From assembly GCA_003141955.1 (NCBI GenBank), contig PLOC01000003.1, positions 462-64,461 on the forward strand: a stretch of DNA of 64,000 nucleotides, written 5' to 3'. Made by a program: the position numbers and the translations under genes. Every line of letters begins with the position of its first letter. Within the stretch, counting starts at the first letter, position 1. Positions 23,170 to 30,770 of the stretch are shown here, piece after piece. The notes beneath the pieces were generated by a model. The model was given only the letters and a program-made list of their open reading frames with translations. It did not search any database and was not told the origin of the DNA. Origin of the DNA: Chloroflexota bacterium. Its GTDB lineage: Bacteria; Chloroflexota; Limnocylindria; Limnocylindrales; CSP1-4.

Positions 23170-24846
23170 GTGAGGGTGAGCAGCAACACTCTCTCGGTTG
23201 AGGCGGAGCAAGTCCGCCGACGCGCGGCCGATCTGGCCGGCGAGCTGTCCCGGGCGGCGCGTGGCTCGGCCACGATCGCCCAGGAGCGCGCGATCCTGCG
23301 CATGGTCGGAGTGGACGGCCTGGATCGAGCCGGCCATCCGCTGGCCGCGTCGATGGCCGAGCGGTACTGCAGCCCCGACCGGGACCGGCTGGCGAGTGGC
23401 GTGATCCTGCCGTTCGCCGTGGCCCTGCTCGAATACGACCTGTCCGCTCGAGACCTCGGGCTCGAGGTAGCGTCGGGCGCGGTCGACCTCGGGCTCGAGG
23501 CCGAGTTGCTGGACCGACCCGGGCGGCAGGCCGCCGCCGAGGCTCACGCGTCGCGGCTGCTGGCCGCGGCGCTGGCCCGATTCGACGCCAACCGGACTGC
23601 CGCCCGGGACATGCGCGACGTGCTCGGGCTGGCCGACGAGCCCTGGCTGGGAGTGGCCCTGCAGGCGGCCGAGGTGGGGCCCGCCGCCGAGGAGACGAAG
23701 GCGCTCGTCGGGGAGGGCGCCGACGTCGTCCAGGTTCGAATGCCGGCCAGCTGGGAATTCGCCGAGGCCCGGCGGCATGTGGGCCTCGAGACGCCCGGGC
23801 TCTTCGAGGTCGAGGGGCGGCCGGGCACGGGCGGCAGGAGATCCGGCGCTCGCGGGTCAGTCGGGCGGCTGACCGATCGGCGTCGCGGCGCCCGGGCGCG
23901 TTCGGCGCCCCCGCAGCGGTTCGAGCGCGACCTCGTCCCGGCCGGCAGCCAGCGGGGTCTGGCGGCGCTTCGGAAAGCGGCCGACGACGCGGCCGCGGAA
24001 CGAGGCTGCTACGCCAGCCTGATGACGGTCACCTCCGCCTTCGCCGCGCCCGAGCAGGCCGTCGTTGCCGCGTTCGAGCGGATCGACTTCGTGGAGGCCG
24101 ATCCGATTCGCGAGATCGTCGACGACAACGTCGATCCGGAGCGTGCGCTGGCCGACCACGCCTTTGCGCACCGGCTTCACGCACGGGCCGGTTGCCGGGT
24201 CGTGATGGGTCCCGGGCCGCTGGCGCTCGGCGCCGACGTGGCAAGCGGCATTCCTTCCGACGCCGCGACGCGGGCCGGGCGAGCCCTCGCACTTCAGGCC
24301 CTGGGCGTGGAGCTGGCTCTCGCCGACGGTCTCGCCGCGGACCGGCTGCTGCTGGGCGCGGTGCCCGACTGGGTCGCCGAGGACGGCAACGCGCGCGCCA
24401 TCCTCGTCCAGGCGTGGCTGCGGGGCCTGGTCTTTCCGGGCCACCGCCTGGTCGTCGGCGAGCCACGAGCCGACAATCAGCCGCCCGGTCGAACCACGGC
24501 TCTCGTGACGGCGCTCTCGGGGGCTGCGGCGTCACTCGTGGTCAGGGACAGTGCCGCAGGCAGCGTCTCCGAATCCGCCGCGGACCTGAGAGCGGCCGCT
24601 TCGACGGCCGCGGCCCTGCGGGCGGCGCTGGGCGACGGCATGTTGCACGGAGATGCGGCGGAACTGGCGACACGGACGCTGCGCGCCGCGAACGCGGCGC
24701 TGGAGCGTCTCGCCGGCGAGGGGTGGGGGAGTCTGCTCGGGCCCGCCGGACGTGGCACAGAGGCCGAACCATTCGGCCGCGGCGCGGTCGTCGAGCGCGC
24801 CACAGGCCCAACCTCGAGCTCCCGGCTGCTGGCCGCGCTGAAGTAG
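23170..24846 (+). CDS. hypothetical protein; its N-terminus resembles D-lysine 5,6-aminomutase alpha subunit (KamD family), with no KamE partner nearby
   Basis: Third-codon positions are strongly GC-biased, so the frame is real. N-terminal ...TIAQERAILRMVGVDGLD... resembles the KamD N-terminus as I recall it, not checked against a database. The remainder is Ala/Arg-rich. Confidence 0.35.
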   Translation: MRVSSNTLSVEAEQVRRRAADLAGELSRAARGSATIAQERAILRMVGVDGLDRAGHPLAASMAERYCSPDRDRLASGVILPFAVALLEYDLSARDLGLEVASGAVDLGLEAELLDRPGRQAAAEAHASRLLAAALARFDANRTAARDMRDVLGLADEPWLGVALQAAEVGPAAEETKALVGEGADVVQVRMPASWEFAEARRHVGLETPGLFEVEGRPGTGGRRSGARGSVGRLTDRRRGARARSAPPQRFERDLVPAGSQRGLAALRKAADDAAAERGCYASLMTVTSAFAAPEQAVVAAFERIDFVEADPIREIVDDNVDPERALADHAFAHRLHARAGCRVVMGPGPLALGADVASGIPSDAATRAGRALALQALGVELALADGLAADRLLLGAVPDWVAEDGNARAILVQAWLRGLVFPGHRLVVGEPRADNQPPGRTTALVTALSGAAASLVVRDSAAGSVSESAADLRAAASTAAALRAALGDGMLHGDAAELATRTLRAANAALERLAGEGWGSLLGPAGRGTEAEPFGRGAVVERATGPTSSSRLLAALK

Positions 24847-24895
24847 ATGGGGCCTCCGGCCCCACGCCGCGGAGCGCCGGCGGCAACCGCCGACT

Positions 24896-25900
24896 GTGGC
24901 TACCACGGTCGGCCCCGGTGCTAGGATGGCCGGCGGGACGGGAGCCAGCGCAGAGGAGAGACAACTGAGCAGTTCGAACGAGCGCACGGTCGCGCTCGGG
25001 GGGCGCCGCGTGCCAGTCGTCGTGGTCGCCGGTCTGGTCGCCCTCTTCGCCGTCTGGCTCGGCATCGTCTATTTCGCCGAACCGTGGGCCCAGTCTGCTC
25101 TGCCGTCCGGCATGGACGCTCGGTGCTATTGGGTGCCCAGCCTCTCGAACCCGTACTTGAACTCGACCTGGACCGAGCAGATCGCGTACCCGTACTCGCC
25201 GGCCTTCCTGCAGATCCTGCAGCCGATTCGGCTGCTGCCCTGGCAGCTCTTCATGGCCGTCTGGGCCGCGATCTTGATGGCGGCGATGGTCTACCTGACC
25301 GGCCCGCGGCTGATCCTCCTTGGCCTTGCCTTCTTTGGCCTGATGGAGATCTGGGGCGGCAACATCGAGCTGCTCATCGCGGTGGCGATCGTCCTCGGGT
25401 TCCGCTGGCCGGCGACGTGGGCGTTCGTCCTGCTCACCAAGATCACACCCGGCGTCGGCCTGCTCTGGTTCGCGGTCCGCCGCGAATGGCGCGCCCTGGC
25501 GATCGCTCTCGCGGCGACGGTCGCGGTCGTGGCGGTCTCGGCGGCGATCCAGCCGAACGCGTGGCTGGCGTGGCGCGACGTCCTCGTTTCGAATGCCGGC
25601 AAGAACGGGACCTGGGCCGCGGTCCCGGTTCCGTTCCTGGTGCGCCTTCCGCTCGCCGTCGTGCTGGTCGTGTGGGGCGCCCGCAGGAACCACCGCTGGA
25701 CGGTGCCCGTTTCGGCGATGCTCGCCCTGCCGGCGCTCTGGTACGGCGGCTTGAGCATCATGCTCGCCACGCTGCCGCTGCTGGGAGCGCGGACGTGGGG
25801 TGAGGTTCGCCAGGTGCTGAGTGGCGGTTGGTCGGAGCTTGCCGGCGAAATCGAGCACCTGCCCCGACCGTTCGGCCGCGGCTCCGCTCCCATAGGCTGA
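24896..25900 (+). CDS. DUF2029 / GT87-family integral membrane glycosyltransferase (paralog c)
   Basis: DARCYWVPSLSNPYLNSTWTEQIAYPYSPAFL and a TKITPG motif. GTG start; ATG 24926 is an alternative. Confidence 0.65.
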   Translation: MATTVGPGARMAGGTGASAEERQLSSSNERTVALGGRRVPVVVVAGLVALFAVWLGIVYFAEPWAQSALPSGMDARCYWVPSLSNPYLNSTWTEQIAYPYSPAFLQILQPIRLLPWQLFMAVWAAILMAAMVYLTGPRLILLGLAFFGLMEIWGGNIELLIAVAIVLGFRWPATWAFVLLTKITPGVGLLWFAVRREWRALAIALAATVAVVAVSAAIQPNAWLAWRDVLVSNAGKNGTWAAVPVPFLVRLPLAVVLVVWGARRNHRWTVPVSAMLALPALWYGGLSIMLATLPLLGARTWGEVRQVLSGGWSELAGEIEHLPRPFGRGSAPIG

Positions 25901-26031
25901 GTTGAGGCCGCCTCGGGCCCCGGCGCCACCCCGCTCCGGGCCCCGCCCTGCCCCGGCGCCGAGCGCATGAAGTGGCCTTGCTCGTACGATAGGCGCCAAT
26001 AGCGGTCGAACGCATCAGGGAGGAGAACCAA

Positions 26032-26706
26032 GTGCCCGAACCTTCTCTGTTGCCGGCCCGCGACAGCGCCTGGCCGACGCTTCACGTGTCGCGGCATCCG
26101 GCGATCCTTCACAAGCTCCGGATCCTGCGGGACGAAAAGACCGAGCCCAAGAAGTTCCGCGAGGTCGTCCGCGAGTTGTCGTGGCTGCTCGGCTACGAGG
26201 CGCTGGCCGACGTCGAAGTCCGCCCTCTCACCGTCACCACGCCCCTCGAGACGACGGATGCCCACGAGCTGGGCGTGCGCATCGGCCTGGTACCGATCCT
26301 GCGGGCCGGCCTGGGCATGGTCGACGCCATGCTCGAGCTGATGCCCACGGCCGAGGTCTGGCATCTCGGCCTCTTCCGCGACGAGCGGACGCTGCGGCCG
26401 GTCGAGTATTACAACAAGCTGCCGGACTCGGCGACGGTGGACCTGTGCCTGATCCTGGATCCGATGCTCGCCACCGGCGGATCGGCCACGGCAGCGATCG
26501 AGGTCCTCAAACGCTGGGGCGCGACGCGGATCAAGCTCATCAACCTGATCGTGGCGCCCGAAGGCGTCGACGTCGTCACCGCCGCCCATCCCGACGTCGA
26601 GATCTACTGCGCGGCCGTGGACCGGCAACTCAACGAGCACGGCTATATCATGCCGGGCCTGGGCGACGCCGGCGACCGCCAGTTCGGGACGGGCCGGGCG
26701 GGGTAG
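26032..26706 (+). CDS. upp: uracil phosphoribosyltransferase
   Basis: [13 protein letters not shown]...[11 protein letters not shown]...[19 protein letters not shown] start follows RBS AGGGAGGAG. Confidence 0.9.
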   Translation: MPEPSLLPARDSAWPTLHVSRHPAILHKLRILRDEKTEPKKFREVVRELSWLLGYEALADVEVRPLTVTTPLETTDAHELGVRIGLVPILRAGLGMVDAMLELMPTAEVWHLGLFRDERTLRPVEYYNKLPDSATVDLCLILDPMLATGGSATAAIEVLKRWGATRIKLINLIVAPEGVDVVTAAHPDVEIYCAAVDRQLNEHGYIMPGLGDAGDRQFGTGRAG

Positions 26707-26748
26707 CGCCCGGGCTCATCGCCAAAGAGAAGCGGGCGGCCTTTCGGG

Positions 26749-26777
26749 CCCCGGCTCGTAAGGACCGGGGATTTGCC
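26749..26777 (+). repeat. left terminal inverted repeat (itself a hairpin)
   Basis: CCCCGGCTCGTAAGGACCGGGGATTTGCC; perfect reverse complement of 29103-29131. Confidence 0.7.
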
Positions 26778-26913
26778 AGCCGGTTAGGGCACCCGAGCGT
26801 GCCATAGAAGGTGTCACACAGGACGGGCAGGATGAGGAGGTCAAACTCCCCACTCTGACCGTCCCGTTTCACGTCCGCGACTTGCCGCCCACGTCGAACG
26901 CCCGAGCTGCCCC

Positions 26914-28518
26914 ATGGCGGAGCACGCTGGCGGATACGTCTGGTTCGATGGCGTCTACTCCACGAACCAGGTGCACCAGCGAACACGCTTCAAGTGCGCG
27001 CCACACCCCGATCAGAACCAAGCGGATGGCTCACCCGGCTGGAAGCGACACCCGTTCTATGTCCAGATGCCGCGGCGAGAACCGCTCCGCACCCTGGCTA
27101 CGCTCGACCGGATCTGCGACGAGTGCGAGCACCTTCTGGTGCGTTCGGAAGGTCCCGTCACGCCGCATCGGTTCATCTTCTCGGCACGCGAGGCGGCCAA
27201 GGTTCTGGTCAAGGTTGCCACCGGCGAGACATACCGAGACGCGTCACGAGAAGTGCGCGACATCGCCAACCGCTTCGTCGCCACTGGCGCCAACGGCCAT
27301 GGCATTGCCAGCAATAACGGATCACTGGCGGCGGACTATCTCGATCTCTTCGCAGATGTCGTCTACGACCACTACAAACCCGCGGCCTGGCCGGAGATAG
27401 TGGCCCTCGACGCCCTGCCGTTCCGCGTCCGCGACTGGGTAAAGGGCAAGTCGATTCCGGGCGGCAAGCCCGTTGCCAGCATCCTCGGTGCGTTCGGATA
27501 CCCGGCTGCCGGCAAGAAGGGCCGCGTCTGGCACCTCGCCATCTCGGGCGGTCTCGACCGACTCTCGTGGGTTGCGTTCCTTCGCTCGATGCCGACCGAC
27601 CCCAACAAGCCGCCGACGTGGGTCGTGTGCGACGACGACGCGGCAATCCAGGGCGCGGTCAAGGTCGTGTGGCCCGAAGCGACGATCTACATCTCCGACG
27701 GGCACATCCAGCGCAACGGCCTTGACCGGATCCGGGGCGACTTCGGCGGGCGTCGCACGGAGGTTGAGACGGCGATCGAGCACTCGACGAGGGGTCCGGC
27801 CCAATGGGCGGCGCTCGAAACTCTGGCGGCCAGCGTGCCAGACAACGCCACCTTGATCGCTTGGATCAAGGGGAAGCGGCCCCTGATGGCGCGCCAGTTC
27901 GCGGTTGTCAGGCCGGGCCATCCGCAAGGCGCGGGCGCGCTCGAACAGTTCTTCACGGTTCTCCGCGACGCGATCGGGATCCGGCGCTACCGGTTCCGCA
28001 ACGCCGGGCGGCTCGAACGTCTCGCCAAGATGGTCGCCCTCCGTCGTGCGAAGTTGAGCGACGAACGTAGGTTCGCACGCATCATCCGCACACACCTGGA
28101 CGCACGCGCCGGCAGGGTCGGCGTCGGCTTCCGGGAGCGCGCCGATCACGATGGCGTGTCGTCCATTGCTGCGCTCGAACGCGGTGCGATTGTGCGCCGT
28201 GCCGCCGCAGTGGGCTTCAAGTTGGCGCCCGACTTCGACCCCAAGAAGGCTCGATCGCAGGTCTCGGACGCCGCGGGTCGCCATGCGGCCAAACAGCGCC
28301 TGAACGCACTTCCGCCAAGTGAGCAAAGGGCCGTGAAGGAAGCCAAGCGGGCTTACATGCGCGACTACATGGCCAAGCGACGCGAGCGCGAGGACTCCGA
28401 TCGGAAGGCGAAGGGTCTTCCGCCGATCAAACGGAAAGGCGCATACGGACCGAGGAAGCAGAAACCCTTGAGCGTCATCTCGCCCGAGGAGCTGGCCCAC
28501 CCGAGCGAGGACTTCTGA
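26914..28518 (+). CDS. MULE/IS256-related transposase with N-terminal Cys/His zinc-finger-like region
   Basis: WVVCDDDAAIQGAVKVVWPEATIYISDGHIQRN matches the IS256 DDE core (for example SVDNLKGLSEAIKAVYPQTEVQLCVVHQIRN). N-terminal region contains Cys and His residues, including RICDECEH. At 534 aa it is longer than canonical IS256 transposases. Confidence 0.55.
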   Translation: MAEHAGGYVWFDGVYSTNQVHQRTRFKCAPHPDQNQADGSPGWKRHPFYVQMPRREPLRTLATLDRICDECEHLLVRSEGPVTPHRFIFSAREAAKVLVKVATGETYRDASREVRDIANRFVATGANGHGIASNNGSLAADYLDLFADVVYDHYKPAAWPEIVALDALPFRVRDWVKGKSIPGGKPVASILGAFGYPAAGKKGRVWHLAISGGLDRLSWVAFLRSMPTDPNKPPTWVVCDDDAAIQGAVKVVWPEATIYISDGHIQRNGLDRIRGDFGGRRTEVETAIEHSTRGPAQWAALETLAASVPDNATLIAWIKGKRPLMARQFAVVRPGHPQGAGALEQFFTVLRDAIGIRRYRFRNAGRLERLAKMVALRRAKLSDERRFARIIRTHLDARAGRVGVGFRERADHDGVSSIAALERGAIVRRAAAVGFKLAPDFDPKKARSQVSDAAGRHAAKQRLNALPPSEQRAVKEAKRAYMRDYMAKRREREDSDRKAKGLPPIKRKGAYGPRKQKPLSVISPEELAHPSEDF

Positions 28519-28534
28519 CCCCTCTCCGCCGCGA

Positions 28535-28975
28535 TCAGCTCGGCAGCCAGAATGGCCACCATGGTGGCACGGTCCCGGGGCAAATGCCAGGCTGATTGAG
28601 CTTGAACGGATCCGAGTCAGTCTGTGGCAGCAGCCAGATGAACCACAGATACGCCACGATTACTGCCGCAACGAAGCCGATGACTGCCCCGGCCTTGGGC
28701 CAATAGCGCCCGAATACCGCGTCCAGAACCCCGAAGACGATCCATGTTGAGCCAAGGACTAACGGCGACGTGACCAAGAGCCGAAGGCCTTGGACCATCG
28801 ACGCTCCGGCCTGGCAATCAGCCCACGCCTTCGACAGAAGCTGCCACCAGAGGAATGTCAGGGCAACGCCGACCGCCAATCCGCCCAAACATCCTCGGGC
28901 CAGCCAATGCGGCGCAGCGACCCGACGTTGCTGCTGTGGTTCGATCTCCATTTCCATTGACTGACCCCTCGTCAT
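28535..28975 (-). CDS. small integral membrane protein (possible IS passenger)
   Basis: 146 aa with 3-4 predicted TM helices (LGGLAVGVALTFLWWQLL; WIVFGVLDAVF; VIGFVAAVIVAYLWFIWLL). Third-position GC is lower than in host genes. Confidence 0.4.
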   Translation of the reverse strand: MTRGQSMEMEIEPQQQRRVAAPHWLARGCLGGLAVGVALTFLWWQLLSKAWADCQAGASMVQGLRLLVTSPLVLGSTWIVFGVLDAVFGRYWPKAGAVIGFVAAVIVAYLWFIWLLPQTDSDPFKLNQPGICPGTVPPWWPFWLPS

Positions 28976-29102
28976 GCGCTTGCCATCAGCCTACGAGCCT
29001 CGGCGGCAGATAGCAGTCTGCGGGCCGACATGGCGCGACCGCCCAACGCGAAAAGAAGAGACCCGGCCTGCGGACAGGTCGGGTCTTGGTCTTGGACCTT
29101 CG

Positions 29103-29131
29103 GGCAAATCCCCGGTCCTTACGAGCCGGGG
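29103..29131 (+). repeat. right terminal inverted repeat
   Basis: GGCAAATCCCCGGTCCTTACGAGCCGGGG, the reverse complement of the left repeat. Confidence 0.7.
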
Positions 29132-29169
29132 GCGTCTGTGCCGCCCGTTTCGCATCTGCGAGGGTTTTG

Positions 29170-30507
29170 TCAGGAGGCCGCGGCGGGTGACTCCACCTGC
29201 GCGCCCATGCCGAACCTGTTGAGGATCTGGTAGATCACCAGGGCGCCGATGCAGGCGGTGCCGATTCCGGCCACCTGGAAGTCGCCCTGGGTGATGACGA
29301 GGTTGCCGGCACCCAGTGTCAGCGCCACTGCGGCCGTAATGAAGTTCTTGTTGTCCGTGAAGTCGACCCTGTTCTCGACCCAGATGCGGGCACCGGTGGT
29401 GGCGATCAGGCCGAAAAGGACGATCGCCATGCCGCCCAAGACGGCCTGCGGGATCGAATGAACCAGGGCCCCGAACATCGGCGAGAAGCCGAGCAGGATT
29501 GCCACGACCGCGGCGATCACGAAGACCAGGCTGGAGTAGATCTTGGTAACGGCCATGACGCCGATGTTCTCGGCGTAGGTGGTGACGCCTGTGCCGCCGC
29601 CCGAGCCCGAGACCATGGTGGCAACACCGTCAGCGAGAAAGGCACGGCCGATGTACGGATCCAGGTCGCGGCCGGTCATCGTCGCGACGGCCTTGATATG
29701 GCCCAGGTTCTCGGCCACGAGGACGATCGCCACCGGGACGATGAGGATGATGGCGTGCGTGTCGAACTGCGGCGCGGTCAGGGCCGGCCAGCCGAGCAGC
29801 TGGGCGTTGCCGATCGAATTGAGATCGATGTTGGGGCCGCCGAAATGGAGGATGTTCGAGAGAAGGCCGTACAGGCAGTAGCCGAACACGCCGCCGATGA
29901 GGATCGGCAGGCGGCGTGTCATTCCGGGGCCGTACACGGCGATGATCGCCACCGCGAGAGCGGTGATGATGCCGACGAGGATGCCAAAGTTGTCCGTCGC
30001 CGCGCGGCCCGAGGTCATGTACCCGATCGCGGAAGGCGCGAGGTTCAGGCCGACCACCGCGACCACGGCCCCGGTCACGACCGGGGGCATCAGGAACTCG
30101 ACCCATTTGTACCCGACCGCCATGACGATCAGGCCGATCACGGCGTACACCGCACCGCAGGCGATGATGCCGCCCAGGGCGACCGGGATGTTGTGGCCGC
30201 CGCCGATGGCCTCAGCCGACATGACCACGGCGATGAACGAGAAGCTCGAGCCGAGGTAGCTCGGAACCCGGCCGCGGACGAAGACGAAGAAGATCAGCGT
30301 TCCGATTCCCGAGAAGAAGATGGCCGTGTTCGGGTTGAAACCCATGATGACCGGCGCCAGCACCGTCGCCCCGAACATGGCGAAGATGTGCTGGATGCCC
30401 AGCGCCACCGATTGCCCGGCCGGCGGCCGCTCGTCCGGGGCGATGATGCCTTCCCGTTTGACGGTCCACTGGAACATGCCACGGACATACCCGATGGCAG
30501 CAGCCAT
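29170..30507 (-). CDS. uraA: NCS2-family nucleobase permease (uracil/xanthine permease type)
   Basis: 445 aa, about 12 TM helices, NCS2 signature regions (QHIFAMFGATVLAP; AENLGHIKAV). Strong RBS (GGAGGAGG). Convergent with upp. Confidence 0.8.
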   Translation of the reverse strand: MAAAIGYVRGMFQWTVKREGIIAPDERPPAGQSVALGIQHIFAMFGATVLAPVIMGFNPNTAIFFSGIGTLIFFVFVRGRVPSYLGSSFSFIAVVMSAEAIGGGHNIPVALGGIIACGAVYAVIGLIVMAVGYKWVEFLMPPVVTGAVVAVVGLNLAPSAIGYMTSGRAATDNFGILVGIITALAVAIIAVYGPGMTRRLPILIGGVFGYCLYGLLSNILHFGGPNIDLNSIGNAQLLGWPALTAPQFDTHAIILIVPVAIVLVAENLGHIKAVATMTGRDLDPYIGRAFLADGVATMVSGSGGGTGVTTYAENIGVMAVTKIYSSLVFVIAAVVAILLGFSPMFGALVHSIPQAVLGGMAIVLFGLIATTGARIWVENRVDFTDNKNFITAAVALTLGAGNLVITQGDFQVAGIGTACIGALVIYQILNRFGMGAQVESPAAAS

Positions 30508-30770
30508 GAGCGACCTCCTCCGACCTAAGAGCTCTCCTCCGGGCGTGACGGTCCCTTGCGTCAGGGCACCCGGGCGTCCGATTAGGGTCGCAAGAAGGGC
30601 CGGCTCTCGCGCGCCCGCGGCGTAGCCTTGTGTGGGTAAGCGGTGGGCAACTCGTGCGGTTCGTCCCCATGCCAGGCGGCGCGTGCCCTGCCGGGCCTAT
30701 GCTGGCAATATATGGGCAGGCAGGCCGCGCCGCGGGGTCATGGACTGGGCATTGGATCGCGGCCACCCGA

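Larger units (their letters stand above)
26749..29131 (+). mobile_element. IS-like element (MULE/IS256-related transposase plus small membrane ORF) bounded by 29-bp perfect inverted repeats
   Basis: Perfect inverted copies of CCCCGGCTCGTAAGGACCGGGGATTTGCC lie at 26749-26777 and 29103-29131. The interior has lower GC than its flanks, and the element sits between the convergent upp and uraA genes. Confidence 0.55.

Noticed and set aside
22879-23778. 299-aa minus-strand ORF between the SipW-substrate genes and the KamD-like gene
   Set aside because: Gly/Arg/Pro-rich with no motifs. The plus-strand frame 23170..24846 carries the GC3 signal.
26749-26777. Interpreting the 29-bp hairpin repeats purely as terminators of upp and uraA
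   Set aside because: Two identical 29-mers in inverted orientation 2.3 kb apart, bracketing a lower-GC transposase-bearing segment, are better explained as element ends. A terminator role is kept as secondary.
30508-30770. Possible Mg-sensing leader (M-box) upstream of mgtA
   Set aside because: I could not recognise the conserved M-box core elements by eye. The region may simply hold the divergent uraA and mgtA promoters. Only a covariance-model scan (Rfam RF00380) could decide.
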